A DNA stretch of 61,966 nucleotides, filler included, from Globobulimina sp. (Eukaryota): the NCBI GenBank assembly GCA_003354225.1. It is 18 parts of 18 records of this genome, joined end to end, with 100 filler letters (N's around TTAATTAATTAA, not from the genome) between each part and the next. Parts side by side here need not be neighbours in the genome. Positions count along the whole stretch, not along the records: positions 34,502 to 37,848 come from PIVH01003010.1; positions 37,949 to 41,294 come from PIVH01003011.1; positions 41,395 to 44,740 come from PIVH01003012.1; positions 44,841 to 48,186 come from PIVH01003013.1; positions 48,287 to 51,632 come from PIVH01003014.1; 13 more parts are not named here. One strand, given 5' to 3'. The notes beneath the pieces were generated by a model. That model did not search any database. It worked only from the letters and a program-made list of their open reading frames with translations, and was not told the origin of the DNA. This document shows positions 35,828 to 48,741 of the stretch, in pieces (position 1 is the first letter of the stretch; each line of letters starts with the position of its first letter). The position numbers and the translations under genes were made by a program.

Positions 35828-37204
35828 TTACAATTTCGACATGTACAATAATGCTTTACTTTGTTCTTTTGGCTTCTGAATAAATTCTATAAACGATGGT
35901 GTTCCGGTTTGAATGGATTGTATAAATTGCAATGCACCATTTTTGTTATGATTAATTCTAAAAATTGATATATTATCAAACGGAGCACCTTCTTGATTTG
36001 CAACGATTAAATAATTATTTGTTGGATCAATATTAAAATGCCTTGGTACTTTTCCACCACATTGAAAAAAAGCAGCACCAATATTTTCATTCAATATTCC
36101 ACTTTTTTTATCAATAACAAACCGCACAATGCTATCATCTCCGCGATTTGCACAATACACAAATGTTCCTGTTTTATCACACATTATATGGGAGGTTGTA
36201 TATATTGAACCCGCGTCATTCTGTAATTAAAATATTAAATATTATATTATAATGCAATTATAAAATACGCACATCATATAAATTATTACTACCTTGACAT
36301 TATCAGGCAATGTTGATACTGTTTGAACAACATTCAATAATTTATTTGTTTTATAATCAAAGCGTACCACAGATATCGCTGAACCCATTTCTTGCGATAT
36401 ATATAATACCCCATTAATCACCGGATTATACGCCATATGTCGCGGACCATCGCCACCTCGAAATTTTAATGATGATATTACTTCCAAACTACCATCATTT
36501 TTATCCATCTTATAATGATAAATACTGTCTCGTCCTATTAAAAAATCAACAAAATATGATATTAAACAGATAGTTGCAATGTATTTTGCTCGTATTTCAA
36601 AGTAAAATGCATTGCAATTTGCTATCATATTTTGTCAGCAAAGTGGACCTAAATCATTGGTATAAAATTGTAAAGGATCAGCTAAATTTTTACAAGGCAC
36701 AACACAATGAATGTGTGCCACTGTTTGCCGCGATGGAATCACATGACTTCCTGGCTCAGTGATAATATGTTTAGCGAATGGCACCAAATGATTCCATTTT
36801 CCATCAATTTTATAAACCACAATTGATGATTTTGCAGTGGCTCCGTAATTTGCAATGTAAATATAATTTTGTCCCCAATCTGAAATGGCTAAACATGGAT
36901 CAATCCCAAATGATTTTTGCGTAAATTGTTGAGTAACTTTAAAGTTGTTATTGGAATCAAATCGAATGCCCAGGCCCGTTAAACCAGATTGATTGTCAAA
37001 TTCATTACAGATATAAATATAATTTGCTTTATTATTGATATAAAACGCACTTGGGTTCACACCACAGACTGATTCACCAATACTTGTCATATATTTAGCA
37101 GTGCCATCCAGAGCATCAAATTTATATAAAGACATTCCTTTTCCTAATCCCGTGGCATGAGCCATCTTGCGAGTATAGCAACCGACCATTATATATGTAT
37201 CCAT
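35828..37204 (-). CDS. 6-phosphogluconolactonase-like 7-bladed beta-propeller (Pgl/YbhE family) with C-terminal SKL
   Basis: VGCYT, NPSA, ANYG, RQTVAHIH, DLG, GDGPRHM, NRGDDSI, PRHFNIDP, VANQ. Introns 36535-36648 and 36221-36292. Ends MSKL*. Confidence 0.85.
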
Positions 37205-37353
37205 GACCAATATATACTAAGTAAAGTTTTTAAGCAATTTTCTTCAACTTTCATCAACACTTACTTCACTTTCCAATCCTTTCTTTTGTAGTGATCGTTA
37301 GTCATCGTCTACCCTCAAATCCAGCAACGTTTTCACTGATCGAAAACACAAAC

Positions 37354-37848
37354 ATGAGTCATGCCTTTCCGAGACACTCTCTCAATTTAATTAACGGAGC
37401 AACGCACGAATTGATAGGTAACCTCACACCCTCACTGTGTCAACATAACTTCAGAACGTACATATCCTCATGTTCCGTTGCTAAAAATGATAAAATGCTC
37501 TTAAAGAATTTATTAGCAATGAAGAAACGCAACGAAAACATAACAATGATAACCTGTTATGACACCTCGCAAGCCATATTAGCAGATTTAGCCAACATTG
37601 ACACAGTGTTAGTTGGCGACTCCTGTGCCAACGTGATGATGGGGTTAAAAAACACAAACCAAATCACATTAGATGCAATAATCCATCACACACAAGCTGT
37701 GTCGCGCGGCATTAACCGAGCCTACATTATCGGAGATATGCCGTTTGGCACTTATCTGACCACCAATGATGCCGTGAGAAACGCAGGCCGTTTAATCGGA
37801 GAAGGTGGCGCTTCCTGCGTCAAATTAGAGGGCTTTGTACCACATTCA
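37354..37848 (+). CDS. panB: Ketopantoate hydroxymethyltransferase with N-terminal targeting-like extension, 3'-partial
   Basis: ITMITCYD, LVGDS, GDMPFGTY, VKLEG. Confidence 0.92.
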
Positions 37849-37948
37849 NNNNNNNNNNNNNNNNNNNNNNNNNNNNNNNNNNNNNNNNNNNNTTAATTAA
37901 TTAANNNNNNNNNNNNNNNNNNNNNNNNNNNNNNNNNNNNNNNNNNNN

Positions 37949-38953
37949 CGGGTCAATATTTGTTATAGTTATAATTTGCGACAAATTATTATTTTTTCCG
38001 AATCTAATCGGTTTTATAATACCCTCGGAATGCTTTGCTTCAATTCTTACAGTTTTTGAATCTGGATTTGTTGCATCGGAGTCTGAGTCAACTGACTGTC
38101 CAAACAGTAATATCTCGCCATATTCATCCAATAATTCAAATGCCTCCACAAAAGCTAAAATGTCCCTGTTTTTCAAAGGAAACCATAAGTGTCCCTTGCC
38201 ATAAATAATTTTTTTTACTGCGGATATTTCTTTGACAAACTTTGTCTCCACTTTTATCAAAGAGATCAATTCGGGCAAAAGATCGATTTCATTCAAAATG
38301 CAAAGTATATCCAACGGCGTACACTTTAATGTTGTCTCTATTTTTAATGAATGGATATCTGAATCTTCCTCTTTCCGATACCAAATTGAGATATTTTCAA
38401 CGTTGTCAACAACTATGGTCCAATCGTCATGTCTCCATAATCTATCATGACATTCTTGAGCTAGTTTCGCTTTTTCTTGGCAGGTTTCGATGAATTTTAA
38501 TAAGTGTTTTGGTAACATTTGTCGATAATTGTTGCGTGTTGAAATATATTTATTTATTATTTTGATGACAACCAATATTTTGCCTTTATCGTGCATTAAT
38601 TCGTACAGTTCATTCCAATTAATCTCATTTTTAATATTATATTTTTTATCAAATACATTATATTTATCAGTTTTATTTTCTTTTGCATCGATATCGTTTT
38701 CATCTAAAATAGCAACACAATCCGTACACACATCATATTTGTAATCATGTTTGTTTGTACAGTGCCATATTAACTTTGTGTTCTCATTCATTTCAATCTT
38801 ACATTCGTGACAAGTCATTGGTTCTGTCATTAATGGATAGCAATGCTGTAATTCACATAAATCCATTGGTTTGCCACATTCGCACTTTGGTGAGTCGACA
38901 TAATCGCTTGTTTCTGTGCGATCTTTTAGGTTGTTGCTGATACTGTTGTCCAT
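37949..38953 (-). CDS. START-domain lipid-binding protein with N-terminal Cys/His zinc-binding cluster, 3'-partial
   Basis: LNEIDLLPE, LWFPLKNRD, ITNIDP; N-terminal CECG..CHEC..HC..CTDC. Confidence 0.7.
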
Positions 38954-39037
38954 TATATTCTTCCTCAAGATAAAAAACTGTTTAAATAAATCTTTTTCTC
39001 CAGAAACGGTCAAATTGCAATAAATCGACGAGTTATT

Positions 39038-39811
39038 ATGAGTGAGGCCAAAAAGAAGCATCGGGCCGGGTCAACAAGAAGAAAAAGGAAGAAAAGAAAA
39101 AAAAGATCAGCTTTATTCACAAACAAAAAGGTACGAACGACCACATCAAATATTCGTACACTATGTAAGGATCGAAGGAGATTATACAGAAATCGATGCA
39201 AATTGAAAAAAGATTTACAATGTCAAGGGCAAAATGTGGACAATTTCCCAGTCATCGATCATTTAAATCCGTTAATTTCAAATAAGAAATGTTTTGCAAT
39301 ACATATAAGTTTTGCAATACATTTAAATCCGTTAATATGTAAGTTTTGCAATACATCATTTCGAAGAAAACAAGATTTTTTATTACATATCATACAAAAT
39401 CACAATGATAAATGCAATTCTTCGAATGAGTCAACAGCAACACAAACAAAACAAGAATTAAATGAAATTCCGGATATAACAAAATTAAGCAAATGTGGAC
39501 GGAAAGAATTATTGCATCGTTTATTGGAAATGGAAAAGAAAGAAAGTGATCATGATAAATCTGATCACATTAAACAAGAAATAAATATCAAAGCAGAAAG
39601 AAATTATATAAATACAAACACAAATACTTCAAATATACCTATTCTCGGGGAATTTTATAATGATTCATTTGTAAATACAGCAGTTGCAGTTCATGAAAAA
39701 ACTTGTATTTGCGAGCAATGTGTTGCAAGAAACAAAAATATTGATTTATTTTGTGCTTCCTGCAGACACGAAGAGTTTACTGATAAATTCAAAGACTCGC
39801 CGATATTATAA
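39038..39811 (+). CDS. Basic nuclear protein with a single C2H2 zinc finger
   Basis: CKFCNTSFRRKQDFLLHIIQNH; Lys/Arg-rich N-terminus. Confidence 0.6.
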   Translation: MSEAKKKHRAGSTRRKRKKRKKRSALFTNKKVRTTTSNIRTLCKDRRRLYRNRCKLKKDLQCQGQNVDNFPVIDHLNPLISNKKCFAIHISFAIHLNPLICKFCNTSFRRKQDFLLHIIQNHNDKCNSSNESTATQTKQELNEIPDITKLSKCGRKELLHRLLEMEKKESDHDKSDHIKQEINIKAERNYINTNTNTSNIPILGEFYNDSFVNTAVAVHEKTCICEQCVARNKNIDLFCASCRHEEFTDKFKDSPIL

Positions 39812-40132
39812 TCTTTTTGTGTTTTTGTTGAATAATTACAATTCCGTGCAAGGATATTTAGTATATATAATATATTGCTACATCTTGTGTTACATTTTTA
39901 TGAATAAATACCATCATCAAAAGCGCATTTGTACGATTTAATACGTTTTATGAAATAAAGATAAATGAAATATAACTGATAAATGCGTGTTGCATTATGT
40001 ACTTTAGAATAGTATACATTATACTTGCACTGTATGTAAATCTCCATAGGTGTGTCAAACAGGTCCTATTCTAAAGTATATTTTTCCGCATACACTAGAT
40101 TAATTTAATAAAACAACTGAAGCAGACTAAGA

Positions 40133-41109
40133 ATGAATCTTGGATTGAATGCCTTATTTTTAGTGGTTATTAGAATAGCATTTGCTCAATTACAAGATTG
40201 TTTATTTACTGATAGTAATACAAATATAATACAGTTAGACCTGCGATCATTAAATGAAGTTGAATTAGAATTTACTTTTACAGATAATGATATTTATACA
40301 TACAATATATCATATTCAGTATGTGCAAATAGTTTAGAATGTCAAGAAACGCCGACCAGTCTCCCAAACGAATTTGTAATGCTTGCCCAATTCGGGGATG
40401 TGGAGTGGCCAAAAATGGATGGCTGTTGGTGGTTAGCTAAATGGAATAATATTGATATTAAACAACCTGAGTATGATTACAACGCACAACTTTGGACATT
40501 TCCGCAATATGATGGTCAAATGTGTTATATATATAAATCACGAGCCAGTGGGGCAAAGAGAGACAACTGTTCATTGGCAATGCAATCAAACAATTGAAAC
40601 CGCACAAATTGTGTCATTCACTGAAGACAATCCATGCGTTTATACAATGACAGTACAATCACAATATGCCTGTCACAGTGTACCCGCACAACATTGTACG
40701 TGGTACGGTCCTTCGTACCAATATAAATTCAACAATTACTGCCATTGATACATCACAACGTGAATATATTTTTGGATTTACACCATGTCGCAATGGAATG
40801 CAATGTGGAATTGAAATGAATGTCATGTCAAAATTGGAAAATATTACAAACTCTGAATGTATTTCGTATTTAGCATTTTGGGATGATTCGAATGAAAATA
40901 ATGTTTCACCATATTACGATCAACAAAATAAAGTTTGGCAATTTATATTCGAAAATGGGGAAAATTGTGGCGATGAATTACGTTCTTCATTCTATGTTTA
41001 TTGGTTTTGTAATCCAACAATATTTGCACCCATTTATAATGTAAAAAAAGCACAAAATGTTGCACCATGTTTATATGAATTGGAAATTGAATCAAATGTT
41101 GCATGTTAG
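40133..41109 (+). pseudogene. Secreted tandem MRH (mannose-6-phosphate-receptor homology)/ATG27-like protein with two frameshifts
   Basis: Signal peptide; LDLRSL, YSVC, RETTVHWQC, PCVYTMTVQSQYAC, FENGENC, PCLYELEIESNVAC spread over three frames. Shifts at ~40530 and ~40722. Confidence 0.65.
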
Positions 41110-41394
41110 ATAACTTTCATTTTAAATATTAATATCAAGTGACAAAGTGGTCGATTAACTATTAATATTCTATATAACCTATAATTTTCTTGAAGTAATC
41201 TGTCGTTGAAACAAAAAAAATAAATTTTTCAGAGTCAGAAATGTTTTTGAGTCGATTTGAATCCATTTATAAACTGCATCCATTTTCTAAGTTANNNNNN
41301 NNNNNNNNNNNNNNNNNNNNNNNNNNNNNNNNNNNNNNTTAATTAATTAANNNNNNNNNNNNNNNNNNNNNNNNNNNNNNNNNNNNNNNNNNNN

Positions 41395-41603
41395 ATATAT
41401 CGATGATCAAAGTGATTGCGCCTAGAATGGGCTGCAAGATTATCGATAGAGCGATCCAAGCTTATGGCGGTTGGGGTGTTAGTCAAGATACGCCGTTAGC
41501 GGCTATGTGGGCCAGTATGCGGACTTTGAGGTTGGCGGATGGACCGGACGCTGTACATCAAAGAGTGGTGGCTCGCTTAGAACTTAATCACTCAAAATTA
41601 TAA
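41395..41603 (+). CDS. Acyl-CoA dehydrogenase C-terminus (ACAD10/11-like), peroxisomal SKL
   Basis: [33 protein letters not shown]; ends SKL*. Confidence 0.9.
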
Positions 41604-41811
41604 ATTAACAATTCATTTTATATTTACAATTATTAAATCTTGCTAGCTTATAAAATCCGAAGTTGCTACTGAGAGTTAAATGTTTTTCGCATAAAATGCC
41701 ATACATTGCCGGTCTGAGAAACAAAAAAAACGCCTTGAAGATAAAATTTTATTGAAATTGATTTACAATGTTAATTATTGCAGGTTGTAGTCTCTAGTAT
41801 TTACACATATT

Positions 41812-42537
41812 TCATTGGTTGATCATACGAAATTGCATACACTGATTCCATGAAACAAAGAGTCTGCTTCCATGGCCACTCGATGATGAAATATTGATGT
41901 TTGTGTATGGACGGCCATATTGTTTCCCATTAATTGCAATCTTTAATATATTTCTATTAGTTCCATATTGAAGAAACAACACAGAAATGATGTCTCCATT
42001 TTTAACCAACATTTTATCTGCATCGATATCGTGATCGTTTTTTAAATGCCAGTGATATCTTTTAGCATAGTTATCAATTCCAACACTAAATGATAACAAA
42101 AACTGTTTTTCTGTAAATATTTGCATTTTCCATAATTTTCTGACTGCCTTTTCGAACAATCGATGGATTGCAAAACATTCGCCATATCCATATTTTACTA
42201 CTTTAAGTCGCGTAGATCCGTCATACAATTCCATATTATTCTGTTTGTTGGATAATATCGGATGGCCATTGGTTGAGTGTTTGGTGTCGGTGCTCCATTT
42301 ATCATTTTGTAAAGTCATACAATAATTTATGCATTTATTAATTATGTCTTTGCATTCGGAAATTTGTTGATATATTTCCATATCTTTAATTTCTGAGTTA
42401 ATATAACCATACATTAATAATGATATATTCTCTTTATTTGAATTAAAATTATCACAAGCCTTCAAAAAGTTAACTTTAAAATTTTCCTGCTGATCGTTTA
42501 GTAAATCAGTAAATTTTGATGATTCAAACGTCGCCAT
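41812..42537 (-). CDS. Hypothetical protein (SPRY/concanavalin-like C-terminus possible)
   Basis: 241-aa ORF; KNGDIISV..LKIAINGKQYG. Confidence 0.45.
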   Translation of the reverse strand: MATFESSKFTDLLNDQQENFKVNFLKACDNFNSNKENISLLMYGYINSEIKDMEIYQQISECKDIINKCINYCMTLQNDKWSTDTKHSTNGHPILSNKQNNMELYDGSTRLKVVKYGYGECFAIHRLFEKAVRKLWKMQIFTEKQFLLSFSVGIDNYAKRYHWHLKNDHDIDADKMLVKNGDIISVLFLQYGTNRNILKIAINGKQYGRPYTNINISSSSGHGSRLFVSWNQCMQFRMINQ

Positions 42538-42894
42538 GCGACTGCACTGTGCACAAATTGGTTTTTGAAAAACAGTAAAAAATTATCCAAAACATATATT
42601 ATCTACTACAACACTGCCGTGATGTGAGACAACTTTGTATTAATTAATTTATCGATCATGGCTAATAAAAAAACACTTATATTATTGACTATTTTTGTAT
42701 TGCTATGGTTTATTTGTTTTGAATCTGTGGCGAAATTTAATTATATTTGTTGAATGGATCGATTTATAAATTCTTGCATTGAGTATAATACAATTTGACA
42801 CTTTGTAAAAACTCCATGCACTTTGCAAAAACAAAGGTTGTTTACAGATGAAATTATATAAATCAAAACAAGAGATAACAAAATAATCCACATA

Positions 42895-44740
42895 TCAATG
42901 GAAGGAAGACAATCCTTTTTGTTTTAATTTCTCACTTATCTTTTTTCTAACCTTTTGTCCATCTTTCAATTTATTAAATTTCTCATTTTTTATTTTGATC
43001 GATTCAATTAACACCGACTGGTCCACCGCATCAATTTTCTTTTTTCCTTTTCTATTCCATTTATTTGTTCTCTGTTTCCTTGTATTCAGCAATAACTTAT
43101 TCATAATTTTCGTATTTTTAAATTCAACATTTGTAGGATCGATGGCAAAATCTGGATCCTTGACAACCGCCGAAAATCGCTTATCATTTTCATCAAATTC
43201 AAACTTGTCATTTTCAACTAGTTTTTTCTTGACTGCTTTTTTTATCAACCATTTTAACTTCCAATTCCTCCTTAATTTCCTATTCAATCTGGCAGATAAT
43301 TGCTGTGCTTCAATCTCATTATTTTCCGGATCATATTTCCCAGCAATATCCCCATCATTGCTCGCCATCATCATCTCCAACATCGCTCTTTTTTTCTCCT
43401 CATCCACGGCCACATCGCAAACCGCCTCATTCAATCTCTGTTTCTTTCTCAGCGGTTCCGCGCACTCCAAATCCTTTAATTCACTCTGAAAATATGGATG
43501 ATTCAGCTCTTCCTCATTCATATCACCATCCACAACCAACGGCGCCTCATCCTCATCACCATCAATATCCTCCTTTTTCCTTTTTTTTCCCTTCGAACTC
43601 ACCTCCAATCCATGCTCATTTATACTATGATCAATGCTCTCTTTCAGCCTCTTTTGAGTATCAATCCATTCGTTCAATTTGCTCATTTCATCATCAATAT
43701 AAAAACTCTCCTCCTTATTCTCGCTCTCCTTGCCATGGATTCGAAACTCTTCGCCGTCGGTGCTGCCATCAGTGGTCATTCCGCCGTCCTCGTCAGAAGC
43801 AACCACAGTCCTTTCCATCTCCTTAAACTCCTCCAAAAGCTCACTGTATCGCTTCCGCGCTCGCCGCTTAATCAACACTTTTTTGTCCGGCGTATCCGTA
43901 TCATACTCGGTCACCGGGTAATCAGTGTCGAAGCCGGCGTCAGTGATACCATCGTCATCTTGCAAATAACTCTCCAAATCCATTTTGTTCATCGCAGCCT
44001 CTCCAAAACTGCGCTGGCATAGTTCCATGCGGTTTGGGTCGGTTTTGTCCCAACTCAGCTCCAAATGGGTCGAACCCAACGCGTTGCTCTGCGCATCCGA
44101 AGCCGCCACGTAATTCTCCGGCAATGCGGCACAAACATCGCGCGCCGCATAGGGTGCCTTGAAGTCGTCGCTCACAAAGGACAGCGTCAACACATTGCAC
44201 GTATGCCGATACTCTCTGTTATTCAAAGCCTGGTACAAATAGTCACAAGTTTCGACGCAATCTAGCTCAATAATGCCATAATAATACCGCAGTTTTTGCA
44301 ACTCATATTTGCGTAAAGCGCTTTTGTTATAAACCACATCAATCTCATCCTCCAACACATCGCCAGGACGACCTTCCCGAATGGCAGCGATTGTGTCTTC
44401 CAATTTGGTCAATTCGCTCATTTGTGACTGCAATTCGCGTGTTTTCGCATCGTCCATGTCACTGTCACTCTCACTCTCATTGCGATTGTTGCTGTTTTCC
44501 GGTTTGGTGTCCTGTGCATTGGCGTCGATAAAATTGGCGAGCTCCTCCATGTGCTGCACATCAGTGGACAGCTTATTGTTATGCCAGATGCTCGCATCAG
44601 GGCCCAATCGTTGCTCTTTTTGCATCATTCCTATGCCATACTCGCTGGGATAGATTGCCACTTTGACAATGGAGCAGGTCGAGGGTAAGAATGAGCGGGA
44701 TACCATATAAAGGTCTTTGGCAGAAATATCGTCCCAATCA
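42895..44740 (-). CDS. ESF1: Pre-rRNA-processing protein ESF1, 5'-partial
   Basis: VAIYPSEYG, LRKYELQKLRYYY, LSWDKTDPNR, NUC153 motif DKRFSAVVKDPDFAIDPT. Confidence 0.9.
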
Positions 44741-44840
44741 NNNNNNNNNNNNNNNNNNNNNNNNNNNNNNNNNNNNNNNNNNNNTTAATTAATTAANNNN
44801 NNNNNNNNNNNNNNNNNNNNNNNNNNNNNNNNNNNNNNNN

Positions 44841-47800
44841 GGATTTAAAGAAGGCATTCACCGCATTCACGATATGTTTATCGATCTCATTGGTAGCTTT
44901 CGAATGCGCTCCGATAGGAATCATATCCACTTCGTCCACGTCTTCCTTCTCCTCGCTTAGGATCAACATATTGTTGGTTTTGGACTTATTCTTATTCAAA
45001 TCTTGCTTTTTTTTCTCAATTTGCTGTTTGAAATTGATCGCTTCGTAATGCATTAAGGCCAAATCGTGCCAGCCCCAAAAACTGCTGTTGTTTAATTGCG
45101 TCGCTTTCTCGAAGCAATCGATGCTCGTCGCTATAGACTTGTTGTTATGAGCGGAAACGTCCTGGATCCACATTCCTAATTTGATGTAAGATGCGCATTT
45201 TATATCACCAAACACCGCCGTATCCGTCAGGATATTCTTGATAATATACTTCAAACAGTCAATGGCTTCGCTTTGTAGCCCGGCAGCCCAGCAATGTTTG
45301 GCGATGCTGATATAAATCCGCGCATTGTCTGCATTCAACGACAACCGCGTATCGAATATCTCATTGAAATTACCACAGCGTATCTTATGCAACAACTGCT
45401 GCGGATAAGTGCCCGCGGGCAACATCAATTTGCTCAGTACGTCCAAAGACAGCGTCAAACGTTGGTTTTTGCGGCATAGCGAACTGAATTTCAAATACGT
45501 GTCAATGTCCTGTCGCGGCTTACGAATCAATGAGCGAACCTGCAATATCTCCTGCCATACATCCACAGAATATTGACAACCACGCAAGCGGCGGTCCCAC
45601 ATATCGTACAACAGCCGCTCCTGCTCATAGTCCACTTGTCCGTCATTCTCGCGCTGCTGCTGCTTAATAGTCAGTATCTCCTCCAGCTCCACCAACTGCT
45701 GTGCGCGCACACATAATTTGTAGGCGCGATTGTAACTTTCGCCCACCAGCGCAGTCAACTCAGTGTCCAGAGTCTCGCGGGTCTTATCGATGAATTCCAG
45801 CGACCGCTCTTTATTCCCGTCATGTACGTACAAAATAGCGCGGTAAAAGCAGCCGTCGTCGTCGTTTTCGTCGATCTTATTTACAAAATTCTGCATATCC
45901 TTCCATTTCTCCAAATGCCACGAGGCCACCGCCCCTAAGGAAGCGATCATTTGTTTGCGATCAAAGTCGTACACATTGGATTTGTTGTCATCATCCATGG
46001 ATTTGTTGTCATCTTCGTGACTAATAATCTCGTTCTTCCACGCATGCTTCGCTAACCTGTGCAGTCTCTGCCAGTTCCCCAAGGCTGCGAGACACCGCAT
46101 ACGGCCCAATTTGAGCGAAATGTTCTGCGGTTCTTCCAATTGTGAGCGTTCGTACGCATCCAAGGCATCTTGCCATTTATTCAATTTCTCGTACCATTGA
46201 GCGTTGATTTCCACGTTTTGCCGTTGCCGCGCAAACACCACAATGCCTTCCGCAGCTTCTTGTTGCTGCAATCTATTATAGATAGTCATCAACGGAGCAA
46301 TGGTTTTCTTCGCATCCAACCGGAACTCCTTTTCTTTATAATACAGCGCTTTGGCGTAGGAGTGCGATATTTCAGCCACAGCGCCGAGATTCTGCTCAAT
46401 GACTGGCAGAGCCTCGCCCTGTCGGTCCATGAATTCCGTCAAGTTCAACAGCGTCAATAACACTTCATTTGGCACTGAGCCCGGATTGCGCAGAGCGCCA
46501 TGGAATGCGGTCGACGTTGACCGAATTAACTCATCCTATGACAGAAGCAATATATAACATGAAATAAAATAAATAGCAGTATATACAGAACCTGTAGAAA
46601 ATCCTCCAACTCGCTCCAACACGACAAAAACCCACCGCTGAACAACTGCGCTGATAAAGGATAGTGTTTCTGTGCTAAGGGCGCACAGAGCCGCAGCGCC
46701 GCATTAGGCGATTGCTTTAACAGCTCCACTTGCAACGACTTCAACCACTCGATCCAGTCATCTTTGGTGTACGCCCTTTCTGGGTCCCACCGCTGTACCA
46801 CCCGGCCCAAGGCGCCCGGTTGCAATGAGACGCGTTCATTCGTGCCAATGTCAGCAATGTTTAATTTCAAGTCATCGTCATACGAGTTATAGTTGTAATA
46901 ACTATCTCTGTCCTCGTCGATACTGACTTGTGTGCCATGGCTGCCATTCACTTGTGTCACATCTGCAGAGGACCTGACACCGCGCATAGAGGACAAATGT
47001 AGCAATCCGCGGGCAAATCCCATGCCGGTGGAGGAATTGGTACTGGTATGCTGTTGCGATTGTTGCTGCGCGGTGCGGCTGTTGCGATATTCCTGGTCCA
47101 TGGAATGGATGATGTAATCGATGCGCATGTCGTTGCGAATTAATTTGTCTACCAAGTTTTTATACGCTTCGTTGGTGAAACGGTGCTTTTTGAGTATCTT
47201 ATCAATGGTTGGGATGAATATGGCGTAGTCGCTGCCCATTTGTACTAACAATGCACACAGAGCCAACGAAGCCTGGTTCCGTAGCTCCTCGTCTTGCTCG
47301 TCGATAATACGGATTAATGGATGGATCACTGTTTGTTTTTAGTTATGAAATTGCTGCAGTTTGGGAGAGTAGCAACAGCGACGTACCTCGAGATGAATAG
47401 GCAGAGAAATTGACACTGCGACATAAATGTGTGATGGATTTAATACACTCACTTCGAACACGCACATTTAAGTCTTGCTGTTCGCATAACTTCATCAATG
47501 GCGGAATCACTAAAAATAAGTGATCCTCTAAATTAGAACCAAATGTTTGCAAAACGTGCAACACCTTCAATGTAGACTTCCTTTTATCCGATTTGTCCGT
47601 ATGCAGCACATTCAACAGCAATGGAATTAAGTCGGTGAGATACACTTTGAATTCGTCGCCCAACGCATACGATATGCAACGTATCAATTTCAGCAATTCA
47701 TCTTCGAATAACGTATAATAATTATTTGTATTCCAGTAAAAATGAATCAGCTCAAATATCCCATCCAAATATGGTTTTATATTATTCTTTGCGATGGAAA

Positions 47801-48186
47801 TCAGTGAACTTAAATGTTGAATAAACTGTTTGCGCAAAGAATCTTCCTTCGTTCGGTTCATATTGGATAGCAAACTCGGCACAATTAACGGTAAGAACTT
47901 CTTCAAATTATTGCTCTGCAAACGATATAAAATACTGATAATCACTCGCAACACCTCCGAATGGTACTGAGTCAAACCAGAATCGTCCAACATTAACACC
48001 AACGCTGTCAGCGCAATGGACGGATAATACGCATCCTTATCGTTCTGCGCATAAATGGCATGCTGTAATAACCTATTTTTCATGGTTTAACGTTGAAGTA
48101 TATGTTGTATAAAATAAATAAAGTTGGCACAAATCACACCTATTGGAGGAAGAATTACTTTTATTCGAATTGGATTTATTAATTTC
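44841..48186 (-). CDS. TOR: Target of rapamycin kinase, internal HEAT plus FAT fragment
   Basis: LEDHLFLVIPP, TKDDWIEW, SPNAALR, YAKALYYKE, WYEKLNKW, LVGESYNRAY. Introns 48073-48139, 47329-47386 and 46536-46591. Confidence 0.95.
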
Positions 48187-48286
48187 NNNNNNNNNNNNNN
48201 NNNNNNNNNNNNNNNNNNNNNNNNNNNNNNTTAATTAATTAANNNNNNNNNNNNNNNNNNNNNNNNNNNNNNNNNNNNNNNNNNNN

Positions 48287-48337
48287 ACTCTAGAAGCAGA
48301 AATGGAAGGCTACTTAAAGGAGTTAGGTTATGAATAA
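48287..48337 (+). CDS. hsdM: Bacterial type I restriction-modification methyltransferase C-terminal tip
   Basis: LEAEMEGYLKELGYE*, overlapping the next ATG, with a ribosome-binding site (AAGGAG) upstream of that ATG. Confidence 0.65.
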   Translation, partial: TLEAEMEGYLKELGYE

Positions 48338-48566
48338 TTACCCTCAAGATTGGGACTCTAAATTATTAGGAAATGTATTTCCCAAGATCGTTGTGGGCTA
48401 TGTAGGAAACGTAAATGACCACTATTGCTCCGAAAGCGAGGGAGTAGCTTTTTATAGGACACTCAATATAAGAGACGGTTACTTTAGACACAATGACCTA
48501 AAGTATGTAACTCATGCTTTTAATGACAAAAATAAGAAGTCACAAATATCTAATGATGATATTTGA
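48330..48566 (+). CDS. hsdS: Bacterial type I restriction specificity subunit N-terminus, truncated at a junction with eukaryotic DNA
   Basis: PQDW..KLLG..., GVAFYRTLNIRDG..LKYV...KKSQISNDDI, typical of an HsdS target-recognition domain start. Confidence 0.7.
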   Translation: MNNYPQDWDSKLLGNVFPKIVVGYVGNVNDHYCSESEGVAFYRTLNIRDGYFRHNDLKYVTHAFNDKNKKSQISNDDI

Positions 48567-48741
48567 CGTTTAAATGATGGTTTAGTCTCATAGATATACG
48601 GCGATTTGGGGGAATTTATTTGTGCAGCCATCTAGCCACTAACATTTAAGGTTTTTTAGTTAAAAAAAAGATCAGAGTTTAGGCGTATTAGTTATTTTCA
48701 CATAGCACTGCGCCATTACTATATAACCAAATCAGTACAAC

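Noticed and set aside
42995-44653. Many antisense/overlapping ORFs opposite ESF1, TOR, RRP5 and others
   Set aside because: Shadow ORFs of real genes with no independent motifs.
48287-48566. A functional restriction-modification defence system
   Set aside because: Only about 280 bp, truncated on both sides, with no hsdR.
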